DNA of 64,000 nucleotides from Clostridia bacterium (GCA_040766025.1 JAXGRH010000005.1:6443-70442), one strand, 5' to 3'; shown: positions 30,424 to 40,793, counted from the stretch's first letter. Notes: generated by a model not told the origin, from the sequence alone. Numbers and translations: made by a program.

Positions 30424-31311
30424 CTATTCCAAGTTTTGCACCTGCTCGCGAATTTTCTCGAGCAGTGTCTTGACGGCTACCACCGTCTCGGTCAAATCAA
30501 GATCGTTCGCCTTCGATCCGATCGTATTAATTTCGCGAAACACCTCTTGCATCAAAAAATCAAGCTGTCGGCCGACTGGCGCATCCGACAAAAGCGCCGT
30601 ATCGAGCGCGTCCGCGTGGGCCTTGAGCCGCGTGATTTCCTCATCAATGGAGGCGCGGTCCGCAAAGAGCGCGACTTCCGCAAAAAGACGCTGGTCGCTG
30701 TACCATTCAGGGCGCTCTTCCAAAAAGAGCTCTTCTGCCCTTTTCAACAGTTTCTCCCGGTAAATCTCGGGCACCTTGGGCGCCCTTTCTTCGATCAGCA
30801 AAATCGCCTCTCTCAGCTCTTGTACCTTCTCAAGCAAATCGGCCACAAGGCGCGCCCCCTCTTCTTCGCGCGTCCGATTCAATTCGTCAAGCGCCAATAA
30901 GAGCGCCTCTTTCAGCAGGGCTTCAACCGTCTCCTCATCTTCATCGCGTTCGCCCGCGGCCAGTATCCCCGGCTGTCTGGCTAAAAAACCAGTCGGATCG
31001 GACAGAGGCTGTCCCGTGATCTGGACCAGCTCCTCAAGCGCTCGAAGGTACGATGTCACAAGCCCTCGGTCGACCGTCACTTCACTTGACGCACCCCCGC
31101 CGGATTCATCGGTCACACGAATATCGATGCGTCCGCGCCCTAAGCGCTCGGTCGCCAGTGTTCGCACAAGCGGTTCGTAAGCAAGAAGCCAGGCGGGTGC
31201 CCTGACCGCGATATCCAGATAGCGATGATTGACCGAGCGGCATTCTACGCGAAACTTGCGTCCTTCTTGTTGGCTTTCGCCGTTGCCGTATCCTGTCATA
31301 CTTTTAGCCAT
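30424..31311 (-). CDS. yicC: YicC-family stress-induced protein
   Basis: MTGYG..VECRSVNHRYLDI N-terminal signature and the C-terminal GSKAND motif. Start set at MAKSMTGYG. Confidence 0.9.
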   Translation of the reverse strand: MAKSMTGYGNGESQQEGRKFRVECRSVNHRYLDIAVRAPAWLLAYEPLVRTLATERLGRGRIDIRVTDESGGGASSEVTVDRGLVTSYLRALEELVQITGQPLSDPTGFLARQPGILAAGERDEDEETVEALLKEALLLALDELNRTREEEGARLVADLLEKVQELREAILLIEERAPKVPEIYREKLLKRAEELFLEERPEWYSDQRLFAEVALFADRASIDEEITRLKAHADALDTALLSDAPVGRQLDFLMQEVFREINTIGSKANDLDLTETVVAVKTLLEKIREQVQNLE

Positions 31312-32065
31312 GTTCCACCTTCCCCTTAACCGCCGTGGCAAACTGTCCATCTTCGCCAATAAGCTGTGGTGTGAAGTTAATTTGATCAGACGCCACCATT
31401 ATATAACGGACGCCGTTAAGAAGCGGTCGCCTGTCATAAAAGGGCGCGTGATGATGAATATGACCGAACAGGCACAATTCAACCCCCGCCGCCTCCAATA
31501 AATCGCTGATCACGGAGCCCCTGCCCTTTTCATCAATGGGCGGATAATGCGTTAAGGCAATAAGGGGTTTTAGGCCTTCTTTTTTTTGCAATTTTTTCAA
31601 CGCGTGAAGCGACAATTCCAGACGGATCGCTTCGCGATGCAAGATCTTCTCATCGGCCTTTGAAAAATTGTCATCACTTTCCAACAGCCATCCTCGCGTC
31701 CCGCACAAATGAAAACCTGCCACTGAGTGCGCGTCATTTCGAAGGAAGTCAAGCGTCGAAAAACCGTGGTCTTGGCAGAAGTCTTCAATTTTTCGGAGGG
31801 TCGACCACCAATAATCGTGGTTGCCGCGAAGCAGAATTTTTGCTCCGGGGAGTTCATGGATCCAACGCAGGTCACCTTCTGCCTCATCTAAGGAACTGGC
31901 CCATGAAATATCGCCGCCGATGAGGACCGTGTCATCCTCTCCTACGACGTCTTTCCAGTTCGTTTCAATGCGCGCCACATGATCCGACCAGCGCGGCCCG
32001 AAGACGTCCATCGGCTTATCGACAGCGCCTGCCAGGTGAGGGTCCGAGATGGCAAAAATTTTCAG
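31304..32065 (-). CDS. Metallophosphoesterase (GNHDYWW, GHIHH motifs); the likely start is a non-canonical CTG overlapping the uvrC stop
   Basis: Motif I (KIFAISDPHL) is encoded upstream of the first ATG (32009-32011). Between the in-frame stop (32084-32086) and that ATG the only start-like codons are CTG (32063-32065) and ATT. GGGAGG lies 9 nt upstream of the CTG. Confidence 0.65.
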   Translation of the reverse strand: MKIFAISDPHLAGAVDKPMDVFGPRWSDHVARIETNWKDVVGEDDTVLIGGDISWASSLDEAEGDLRWIHELPGAKILLRGNHDYWWSTLRKIEDFCQDHGFSTLDFLRNDAHSVAGFHLCGTRGWLLESDDNFSKADEKILHREAIRLELSLHALKKLQKKEGLKPLIALTHYPPIDEKGRGSVISDLLEAAGVELCLFGHIHHHAPFYDRRPLLNGVRYIMVASDQINFTPQLIGEDGQFATAVKGKVEHG

Positions 32066-33986
32066 TGTTTTTCGCCTCCCTGCTTATCTTCTTCATTGAA
32101 GTGTGAATAGACCGCCCGGGCGACCTCCTCCGGAATGCCTTTTACCTTTTGCAAATCTTCCATCGATGCCTGGGCAATATTCTTCGTGGAGCCAAAGGCC
32201 AAAAGTAATGCTTTTCGCCGGGCCGGCCCCACCCCGGGAATAGTCTCCAACTTATAACGCTTGGCGCGCTTGTGGCGCCTTTGTTCATTATGGCGCAAAG
32301 CAAAGCGATGTGCCTCATCTTGGATGCTGGTAAGAAGATGGAGTAGCCCTAATCTTTTGGCCCGATCATCTTCTGTTTCTTGCTCCAAGTCGTCATCCGA
32401 CAGCGCGAAAGGTGAAAGTTCAACGATTTCACCCGAAGAAAGGACTAGGCCGCGCGTCCTGTGCCGGTCATCTTTCACGATGCCCGCCAAAGGAATGCCG
32501 TAGGCTAGAGCCACCGGGTGGGTGGTCGACACATGCCCGGCACCGCCGTCTACCAGTAACAGATCGGGGCGGCGTCCGAATTGTTCATCGTCAAGACGCA
32601 TGAGTCTTCTCGACAACACTTCTTTCATTGAAAGATAGTCGTCAATACCTTCAAAGCCCTTAATCGTGAAGACCCGATAGGAGGAGCGCTCCGCTTTCCC
32701 CTGCCGAAACACCACCATTGAACCACTTCGATCCCCCTGACCCATATGTGAGATATCGAAGGCCTCAATGCGCACAGGATCCCCGGAAGTACCCGTCAAC
32801 TCCCCTAAGTAACGAAGCGTCGCTTCGATGGCGACAGGGTCCGCTCCTCGCGAGAGAGAACGCCTCTCAAGCGCGCGAAGAGCGTTATATTGCACCATGT
32901 CGATCAATGCCTTTTTAGAACCGCGCTGAGGCCTGTGGAGCGTCACCTTCGTGCCCTTCATCTGGCTGAGCAGTGTCACGAGCAGTGCCTCGTCATCTAC
33001 GGGTTCTGGGACGAGGATTTCTTTGGGGATTTGACCGGGAGAGCGGTATTGCTCGCGGATGAAGGAGGCAAGATACGCGCCGTCCTCCCCGCCCAGATCT
33101 TGCGCGAATACCTGCACGGAGCGTGACAGGCGTCCGTCACGCACTTCGAATTTGGTCATCGCGACTTCGTTGCCGTTTCGAGCAATCCCCAAGGCATCGC
33201 GTTCTCCGCCCCGCTGGTCCACCACGCGCTGCTCTTCGCGAAGACGTGACAAGGCCTGCCACTTGCCGCGAAGACGCGCGGCCTGTTCAAAGTCAAGGCG
33301 TTTGGAGGCTTCGCGCATTTCTGACAAAGAAACGCTCAATCAGCTCGTCGGTCCTGCCGTCAAAAGTGCAAGCACTTCATCGACAATCGCGCGATATTCA
33401 TCTTCACTGTTATCTCACCGGTACAAGGCGCCACACAGCGTCCGATGTAATAGTTCAGGCACAGGCGCTCTTTACCGATCTCTCGCAGCGGGTCTCTTGA
33501 GCAGTTGCGTAGCGGGAAAACGGCTTCCAACACTTTCAGGGCGCGGTTGATGTCGCCTGCAAGCCAGGGGCCGTAGTAACGCGCGCCGAGTTTCACATCG
33601 TCGCCGACACGGAAAGCCTTCATGACTCGGGGGTACGCTTCTTGCAAGGTCACGCGGATGTAGGGATATTCCTTGTCATCTCGCATGAGGATGTTGTAGG
33701 GGGGCTGGTATTCCTTAATCAGATTCGCCTCAAGGACAAATTGGCTTCAGTTCATTTGCGCACAAAATCGTGTCGTAGGAAGCGATTTTTTGGATCATCA
33801 TGGCGATCCGGCGATCCACGGCGGGGTTCTTCGCTGTGGAAACAAGATCTCGGTCGCTGCGCCCTTAAGGAATTGGCTTTGCCCACATATAAAACAGAGC
33901 CCTGGGCGTCACGCATAATGTAGACGCCGGGCTCTTCTGGTACTAATTCAAAAGCTGTGCGTGAAATCGATTCGGTTGTAAGTCAT
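32062..33986 (-). pseudogene. uvrC: Excinuclease ABC subunit C, N-terminal third broken by several frame changes
   Basis: The C-terminal 425 aa are intact (endonuclease and HhH domains). GIY-YIG (PEEPGVYIMRDAQGSVLYVGKA) and ..LEANLIKEYQPPYNILMRDDKEYPYIRV.. are recoverable only by switching frames. Confidence 0.9.
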
Positions 33987-34008
33987 GATCCGTCATCCGA
34001 GGACCGTA

Positions 34009-34268
34009 TTACGGCAGGCTGGGCCCCATATAATGAGACAGTTCAATGATTGCCTGGCCTCCGTCTTCTCCGTCTGCAGTCACCTCTAACGGGTCGCCGT
34101 CGACGATACCGAGCGATAAGACTCCAAAGGCTTTTAGCGTTTGCGCGCCGTCCGTCTTTCGCGATATAGATACTGGCATTGTAGTTCGATGAGATCTGAA
34201 TCAACATCGCCACCGCGCTTCATCAGGGTTTCCTCTTTACAGTGAAAGATAACTGTTTCCTTCAGCAT
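34009..34268 (-). pseudogene. HPr/Crh-like phosphocarrier-domain gene, frame-broken, with no His15 codon
   Basis: GGAGG then ATG. Pieces read MLKETVIF.. / ..AMLIQISSNYNASIYIAKDGRRANAKSL / GVLSLGIVDGDPLEVTADGEDGGQAIIELSHYM. The length is not a multiple of 3. Confidence 0.55.
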
Positions 34269-34318
34269 CGCGATCCTCCATAATGGCATGCACACCTAAT
34301 CGTTCAGAGTCCTGTTCA

Positions 34319-34347
34319 GTATATGTTTTATACGCAACAGATGTCAA
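34319..34347 (-). promoter_or_regulatory. Putative promoter of the HPr-like gene
   Basis: Minus strand: TTGACA (34342-34347), about 17-18 nt spacer, TATACT (34319-34324). Confidence 0.35.
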
Positions 34348-34406
34348 TTCTACAATGAACAACTTCACAGCGTGAAATAAAGCCATTTATTGACATTGTC
34401 GCCTAA

Positions 34407-34920
34407 TTAAAGAAGCGCCCCCCGCATCAGGATTGCGGCTTCCCCGTGTCTGAATAATAGCCTGGCCGCTTCCCCACGATGTCTATGCCCCGCGTCTCAT
34501 ACAGCCGGATGGCCGTGTCGTTGCTTTCTTTTTGCTTCCAGTATCAGGCGTTGCAACCTCAGGTCACCGCATGATCGCGCATAAACTGACAAAACTAGCA
34601 CCCAACCCGATGCCTCGAACATTTTGATCCACGACGATGTTAAGGATCTCAAATTCATCACAAATCACACGCCCGATGGCAAAGGCATGAGGCTGTTCCT
34701 TGTCATGTTCAGGAACGATGACAAAGGTGACTGTCTCATCCTGTCCTTTCAGGCGATCCTTGTAAGCCCCTTCAGACCAAGGCGTGTGCCCCGACTGGGC
34801 GTCCAGTGCCACAATGTCGTAAAGATCTGAAAGCGTGGCTTTACGGACAAGCCAACGCGTCCTGTTGCGCGCCGAAAAAGCAAAAGGGAGATAGTAACGA
34901 AAAGGTTTATTTTTGACCAT
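34407..34920 (-). pseudogene. rimI: Ribosomal-protein-alanine N-acetyltransferase RimI, C-terminal half frame-broken
   Basis: GNAT motif VDQNVRGIGLGA. The downstream ..ESNDTAIRLYETRGIDIVGKRPGYYSDTG.. lies in other frames. Canonical position after tsaE-tsaB. Start uncertain (34920 or TTG at 34851). Confidence 0.6.
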
Positions 34921-35638
34921 GTCCGCCAGGTTTCATGCGTTCGGCAGAAGAAGACAAGGTATAACGCGCTTCGAGTTTGAAAGGATCCGTCTCAACACCC
35001 TTTTCATCCAACATTTGAAGTGCCCGACCAATGACCCCGGACGCGCGTATAAAGGAATTGTGAGGGGGCGCCACATGGGCGATGAAAGGCAAATCCTCCA
35101 AGCGCTTTCCCTTGTCGCGAAGCGCCGTTTCGATCACGGGAACGCCGTCTCCTAATAGTAGCATTCGCTCGCCGGGGGCCACCCATTTTGATACTTCTTC
35201 GATCCATGCTTCAGCGGGCCTCGGTATTTCTTCCATGAGGGGAGATCCCTCACGCAGCAAGGTCGAAAATACGCGCCCGCCGCGCGCGTCAAGCATGGGA
35301 GCAATGAGCGAGTAACCTTCCCCCGCTGAGCTTGCGAGCGCTTCTAACGATGAGACAGCGACAGTCTTTGCGCCAACGGCATAGGCCATCGCCTTCACCG
35401 AGGAAAGCCCGATCCGGATCCCCGTAAACGAACCGGGACCTGCGGCAACCGCAAACAAATCAACATCTTGCAATGTCAAATCACAACGTGTCAATAGTTC
35501 ATCGACCGCGGGCTGAAAGGTGATGGAGTGCCGGTAACCCATGGCGAGGGTATACTCCGCCAAAATGACACGGTCTTTTGCGACTGCAACCGACAGAGTC
35601 TTCCCTGAAGTGTCAACGCCCAATACGATCATGAACAA
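34907..35638 (-). CDS. tsaB: tRNA t6A biosynthesis protein TsaB
   Basis: IVLGVDTSGKTLSVAV N-terminus and the GPGSFTGIRIG motif. Confidence 0.9.
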   Translation of the reverse strand: MFMIVLGVDTSGKTLSVAVAKDRVILAEYTLAMGYRHSITFQPAVDELLTRCDLTLQDVDLFAVAAGPGSFTGIRIGLSSVKAMAYAVGAKTVAVSSLEALASSAGEGYSLIAPMLDARGGRVFSTLLREGSPLMEEIPRPAEAWIEEVSKWVAPGERMLLLGDGVPVIETALRDKGKRLEDLPFIAHVAPPHNSFIRASGVIGRALQMLDEKGVETDPFKLEARYTLSSSAERMKPGGHGQK

Positions 35639-36114
35639 TCTCCCACTAACGCCGCCATGTCGCGATTATCCGGGACATGTATCTGGAAGATACGGTCATC
35701 TTGTCCCTCCCCGTATGTGACGGATATGTCAATCACCGGATCCGGTAAAACCCCTCTCACGCGGTCACCCCACTCAACGACAGAAATCACCTCGCCTCCC
35801 ACTTGCTCATCGAATCCGTGCTCCATAAAGTCCGAAGCGTCACGCAGGCGGTAGACATCAAAGTGGTGGAGTGTCCGGCCACCCGAAACTTCAGGTTCAT
35901 GGACATGCAAATAGGTGAAAGTGGGACTCGATACATGGCTTTTGACCTTCAAGCCGGACGCGATACCCCGCACAAGCGCGGTTTTCCCCGCGCCGAGGCT
36001 CCCCGAAAGACTGACGGTGTCTCCCGCTTCAAGGAAGGAGGACAGCCGTGCTCCCAATGCGTACGTTTCATCGGGCGAGGATGTTTTTATCGAGTGTTCG
36101 AAAGGCATCTGCAC
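35629..36114 (-). CDS. tsaE: tRNA t6A biosynthesis ATPase TsaE
   Basis: GSLGAGKTALVRGIA Walker A and the PTFTYLHVH motif. Confidence 0.9.
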   Translation of the reverse strand: MQMPFEHSIKTSSPDETYALGARLSSFLEAGDTVSLSGSLGAGKTALVRGIASGLKVKSHVSSPTFTYLHVHEPEVSGGRTLHHFDVYRLRDASDFMEHGFDEQVGGEVISVVEWGDRVRGVLPDPVIDISVTYGEGQDDRIFQIHVPDNRDMAALVGDCS

Positions 36115-36126
36115 TCCTCATGGTGA

Positions 36127-36157
36127 AAAGCCCCGTCGGGAAAAGACGGGGCTTTTT
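36127..36157 (-). terminator. Rho-independent terminator after rpsI
   Basis: GCCCCGTC-TTTTCCC-GACGGGGC followed by TTTT on the minus strand. Confidence 0.7.
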
Positions 36158-36179
36158 GTCAAACACGGGCATCTCTTTC

Positions 36180-36584
36180 TTATCTCTTGGAGAACTGAGA
36201 CGCTTTTCTCGCCTTTTTGAGGCCTGGCTTCTTTCTTTCTTTGACACGGGCGTCGCGAGTCAAAAAACCCGCCTTTCTCAACACTAACTTGTGTTGTTCC
36301 GTATCCGCGTCGACGAGCGCGCGGGAGATACCGTGACGGATCGCTCCGGCCTGGCCGGCGATTCCGCCGCCGCGCACGTTCACTACGATGTCGTAGCGAT
36401 CTTGTGTCCCTGTCTCGACGAGCGGCTGGCGCACGATCATGCGCAGCGTTTCGACGGGCAGGTATTCTTCGAACTCTTTATCATTGATGGTAATTTTTCC
36501 TGAGCCGGGATACAGGCGGACGCGTGCGACCGCTTCTTTTCTTCTTCCCGTCCCATAAAAGAATTGTGTGCTTCCTTTAGTCAT
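36180..36584 (-). CDS. rpsI: 30S ribosomal protein S9
   Basis: ..[45 protein letters not shown]. Confidence 0.97.
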   Translation of the reverse strand: MTKGSTQFFYGTGRRKEAVARVRLYPGSGKITINDKEFEEYLPVETLRMIVRQPLVETGTQDRYDIVVNVRGGGIAGQAGAIRHGISRALVDADTEQHKLVLRKAGFLTRDARVKERKKPGLKKARKASQFSKR

Positions 36585-36604
36585 ATCGTTATTATCCCCC
36601 AGGT

Positions 36605-37033
36605 CTACAATTCAATCTTAATAGGCTGTTGGGCCTCATGTTTATGACGCGGTCCGGCGTATACCTTCAGTTTGCGGTACATCTGGCGGCCGAGCGTATT
36701 TTTGGGGAGCATGCCCCGAATGGCTTTTTCCAGCACGCGCTCAGGATGTTTTTCCATCATCCGCTCAAAAGGCACTTCGCGCAGTCCACCCGGATAACCC
36801 GTGTGGCGCCGATACAGTTTTTGTTGTTCTTTTTTGCCGGTGACCACGATTTTATCCGCATTCACCACGACCACAAAATCACCCATATCCATATGAGGGG
36901 TGAATTCCGGTTTATTCTTACCGCGCAAGATCGCGGCGATCTCCGTCGCCAGACGGCCGAGCACCTGACCTTCCGCGTCAACCAGATACCAGTCACGCTT
37001 TACATCGCTCGCTTTTGGCATATATGTTTTCAT
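36605..37033 (-). CDS. rplM: 50S ribosomal protein L13
   Basis: [30 protein letters not shown].. after GGGAGGA. The longer ORF in the track is an upstream read-through. Confidence 0.97.
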   Translation of the reverse strand: MKTYMPKASDVKRDWYLVDAEGQVLGRLATEIAAILRGKNKPEFTPHMDMGDFVVVVNADKIVVTGKKEQQKLYRRHTGYPGGLREVPFERMMEKHPERVLEKAIRGMLPKNTLGRQMYRKLKVYAGPRHKHEAQQPIKIEL

Positions 37034-37164
37034 ATTAGACGATTGTCCTCCCGCTATTTTCACCGCACGAATCGCGCGCGGCACGAGCCACATCTTAACA
37101 GGCCTTTCTTGGCCTGTCAACAGCTTCGTTGAAATACGTCACAGATGCTTTCGATTTCGCTCGA

Positions 37165-38431
37165 TTATCGTTCTTTTCTCGATTTATCGCGTGCTTCAAA
37201 CACGTTTTTTCGATGCTTTTTCACATAGATAAGCAGCGCCATAATACCCGCGACAATGGCCCCGATGACGGCTAAAAGTCCTACGGCGGCAAGAATCAGG
37301 ATGGACGGTTTGGTCTGTCCGATGCCTCCGGTAAAAACACATCCTCCTGATGGAGGGATTCCGGTGGGGTACTGGTGGTAGGTTCCGGCTCCGGCTCGGG
37401 TTCCGTTTCGAGCGGGGCAGTTCGTTTTCTACGATGGGAATCGCAAGAAGATCCTGCGGCTCCTTCAGGGACGCCCATGATGCGGGCCGCTTCTTCATGA
37501 CCGCGCTCACCGACTTTGCCAGCTGTGAACGGCGGGCGCGGGACAATCCCGAGCGCCGCACAGATAAAATGGCGCCCGTCATTTGTATCTCCCGACCCGA
37601 CAAGGCACATGCCGGCCTGGGATGTGGTACCTGCTTTGACGCTGGCAGAAGTGCGCTCATAATAACGCGACTCAAAGTAATCCTTACCGTAGATGACAAG
37701 CGCGTTTGAATTTCCCATCGTGCCCCCACCAGGCTTCTTCATGCTGAGCGTTTACAGGCATGCGGTAATAGCGCAGGGAACAAATATGCGCGATGACCGG
37801 GTGCTTCATCGCTTCTGCCGCGATCAGGGCAATATCGCGCGCGGTGGTGTAGTGACTTTGATCCGCCTCATCGAAACCGGCAGGATTTTGTGAAATGTGT
37901 GTTCACGGCGCCAAGCTTTCTTCTGGGCGCGCTCATTCATTCGCGCCACAAAAAGCTCCTGTGAATAAGAAGCATCGTTTCGTCGCTCCTGATCCACGGC
38001 GCCGTACGCACCGCCGTAATTTTGAGCGATGACGCGCGCGATGTCATTGGCCGAGGCGATGAGGAGGGCGCCAGGCAGTCAATCGTTCTTTTAAAGATCG
38101 CCTTCATTCAATTCCTTGATCCGGGCCGAATTGGGATCCATGAAATAAAGCGATTGACGGGAGACGGTAAGCAAGCGATCGGGGTCGAAATGACTGTCTT
38201 CCACAAGCAACAGCGCCGTCATAATTTTTGTGGTACTCGCGTTCGCCCGCCTTCGGTCCGCGTCCTTTTCCAAAATCACCTGTCCAGTATCCGCGTCGAT
38301 CACACAGTAAGAGCCGATTTGAACATCTTCAAAAGTCGATCCAGCCTTCCCGCGCGGCCAAGACGCTCACCGGAAACGCGCTCCGTTACAAGCATGATGA
38401 TAAGAACGGCAAAAATAATGGCTTTCTTCAT
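37165..38431 (-). pseudogene. Serine-type D-Ala-D-Ala carboxypeptidase (PBP5/DacB-like) with a PEPEPEP linker and C-terminal TM anchor, broken by at least four frame changes
   Basis: Signal-peptide start MKKAIIFAVLII. SxxK (ASTTKIMTA), SxN (IASANDIA) and KxG (VKAGTTSQAG) motifs lie in different frames. The ATG overlaps the upstream stop (ATGA). Confidence 0.8.
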
Positions 38432-39933
38432 GCATCCACTCCCCTTTCGTGATCGTGCTTTCCGACAGCCTCAAAGATCGTTTCCTGAAGCGAGTCGGTG
38501 ACGGGAATCATCGTCAACGGCCCTTTCTTTTCAAGCGAGGCCCGAAGCGTCTCCCAGATCGGCACGCCCGATTCTTCGGCGAGCATGCGAACTGCGTCAG
38601 CCTCCGCACTTCGCGAGGCCTCATCGCCCAAAATCGCTTTTGCGGTTGTGTCGATGTCAAGCAAGGGCGATCGCTCCTGTACGTAACAGACGATGGACGT
38701 GTCTTTTTTGTCGGAATGACGCGCCCAGCAAGCAATCGCATCCGCTGTCTCGCGGCCGACCAAATAGTCTGTTTGGTCGTAAATATTTCGGATAATACGC
38801 AAGCATCGCCTGTAATCGTTACTTGCGACCGTCACCGATTGGTTCAAAAGGTGAATCTCATCTTCGTTTAAAAGCGGTACCTCCGCCTGATCCCATTTCC
38901 CCATAATGTCCAAAAGGCGACTTTCATCACGGCCTGTCACTTCAAATAGAAGTCGCTCCAAATTCACAGGCCACATGACACCGGGATCGTCGGAGCGCCT
39001 TCGTCTTTTTGCCTGCATCATCTTGCCCGTTTCAAACAAGGTCCTCAGGATCGCCGGTTCGTTTTCTCCGACATAGACAGCGTCGATCGGAAGCTCGAGA
39101 CTGTTGGCGTACACGAGCCCCGCAAAGAAGCTCAAATGATTTTTATTGACCACAAAGGTCATCGAATCTTCAGGTGTTTTTTCCGCCAGGATCAGGGCCA
39201 AAGACGCGGTGACAAGCGCTCCTGCGGTGAGCACTTCCAAAATATGTCCCGGCCCCCAAAAAATCGGATCATAGCCTTGTGCATTCAAGGCTTTTTCAAA
39301 AGATTCATCGGCCGCAAGCCCGCTAAATTCTCGGTAACGCGTATCAAAGCTGTCTTCAAAAGAAAAGGCCTTTTCATATGGCTTTAAAAGCCATGAAATT
39401 TCAGAAGAACGTCCGCCGTTTTGCGACACAAAAAAGATCTTTTTGTACGCGCTCATAAGACGAAGCGAAGATACGGCCATATCGTCCGTGATCACGGCCA
39501 CGATCAGAGGTTCTAGAGGGTTGCTTCGTTTTTCCTCAAGCCTTCTTAAAACGGCCAGAAAAATGGCGCTTGAGATGTCCGAGAGACTGCCTGTCGGGAG
39601 GCGGTCGCCGTTAAAAAGATAGTAGCGTTCAAGGTAGGCATTCAGCGGATGGACTGGCCATTCGAACGCGTCGCTTTCGGTGGTGAGTGTCAAGAGCGCT
39701 TCATCCACGATCGCTTCCCACACTTCGAGTGAAAAATTCGGCATAAAGCGATGGAAAAAAAGAGCCATCGTCTCTGCCGGTGTCTTTTCAAACATCGCCT
39801 CCAGGGACAATGCCTCCGGCAACCTCTCCGGGATGAACAGTCCACCTGTTTTTGACAGTCCGCGGTAGATCGCCTCCTCGAAACTTGCGGGGGCACCGCC
39901 GCGTGTGCTGATGTAGTTCATATCTTGTCTCAT
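38428..39933 (-). CDS. Threonine-synthase-like protein with degenerate PLP-site motifs (probable non-catalytic paralogue)
   Basis: The N-terminus MNYISTRGG..SFEEAIYRGLSKTGGLFIPE is ThrC-like. The positions of FHGPTLAFKD, SGDTG and SGNFGN read FNGDRLPTGSLSD, TDDMA and NKNHLSF. Confidence 0.7.
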   Translation of the reverse strand: MRQDMNYISTRGGAPASFEEAIYRGLSKTGGLFIPERLPEALSLEAMFEKTPAETMALFFHRFMPNFSLEVWEAIVDEALLTLTTESDAFEWPVHPLNAYLERYYLFNGDRLPTGSLSDISSAIFLAVLRRLEEKRSNPLEPLIVAVITDDMAVSSLRLMSAYKKIFFVSQNGGRSSEISWLLKPYEKAFSFEDSFDTRYREFSGLAADESFEKALNAQGYDPIFWGPGHILEVLTAGALVTASLALILAEKTPEDSMTFVVNKNHLSFFAGLVYANSLELPIDAVYVGENEPAILRTLFETGKMMQAKRRRRSDDPGVMWPVNLERLLFEVTGRDESRLLDIMGKWDQAEVPLLNEDEIHLLNQSVTVASNDYRRCLRIIRNIYDQTDYLVGRETADAIACWARHSDKKDTSIVCYVQERSPLLDIDTTAKAILGDEASRSAEADAVRMLAEESGVPIWETLRASLEKKGPLTMIPVTDSLQETIFEAVGKHDHERGVDA

Positions 39934-40757
39934 CTCCTCGTGTCTGGGAATGTGTCGCGGTAAATATCTAAAATCTCGGCAATCGATTCTTCATCCCTTT
40001 GCTCTTCAAGCACGCGTTCAAGCCAGTTCAGGCGCTCAAGGCGCGCCTCATTTCTTAATATGACCGGTCGCAGAACAAAAAAGAATAGTAAAAAAAGAAG
40101 GGATGCCGCGATAATCGCAATCGTCAGCCCCTGGATGAGTCGGACAAGGCTGCTGTGTTGGCGCACTGAGCGGGACATATCGCTTTCTTCTAAACGATAT
40201 ACTTCCTCTTGCTCGCGCTTACTGGCCATTTGGACACGGCCTATGCCGCCATCGTTGGCAGCGCGCTGCAGGATTCCGCTTTTGGCCATATGGGCCCGAA
40301 CAGGCATGAGCAATTCCTCGCTTTTTTTACGCCTTGAATCGCGCGCTTCTTCCCGAATGCGCTCTTCGCGTGCGGCGATGCGGCAGCGGTCGACCGCTTT
40401 TGCAAGCGCGGCGTCGGGAGAGGCAAGAAGTACTTTCTCAAACTGTTCCTCGGCCTCACGAAACTGGCGTTCTCGAGCTAAGATCACGCCGTAAAGCGAT
40501 GAGGCCTCCGCAAATTGCGGCCAACTGGCGGTCAGCTTATCAAGTGCAATTTTCGCGATATCGGTATTTCCCGTGATGGCCTGGTCGAGCGCCCGGTTAT
40601 AGACCGACAAAATGCGCTCTTGCTCGGCTTCAGAAGCGATCAGTTCAGGGGGCAATTCGGTGAGCGGTTTCCAGGTCGAAAAGACGCGCTCCCAGTCAAA
40701 GGATTCCGCTTTGTTTTTAGCCTGCGGCACAGATCGTTTCGCTTCCATTTGTCGCAA
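39930..40757 (-). CDS. Hypothetical protein: helical repeat (TPR-like) N-terminal part, one TM helix near the C-terminus
   Basis: Intact 275-aa ORF. Hydrophobic segment LIQGLTIAIIAASLLFLLFFFVL. Stop overlaps the ThrC-like start. Confidence 0.4.
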   Translation of the reverse strand: MRQMEAKRSVPQAKNKAESFDWERVFSTWKPLTELPPELIASEAEQERILSVYNRALDQAITGNTDIAKIALDKLTASWPQFAEASSLYGVILARERQFREAEEQFEKVLLASPDAALAKAVDRCRIAAREERIREEARDSRRKKSEELLMPVRAHMAKSGILQRAANDGGIGRVQMASKREQEEVYRLEESDMSRSVRQHSSLVRLIQGLTIAIIAASLLFLLFFFVLRPVILRNEARLERLNWLERVLEEQRDEESIAEILDIYRDTFPDTRR

Positions 40758-40793
40758 CTGTCATTCCACCTTTCCGATTTTGTGTCATGACCA

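Noticed and set aside
37196-37742. ORFs 37196..37729 and 37296..37742, taken as two separate overlapping hypothetical proteins.
   Set aside because: They are alternative frames of the single frame-damaged D-Ala-D-Ala carboxypeptidase gene. The KxG motif, the PEPEPEP linker and the TM anchor are distributed across them.
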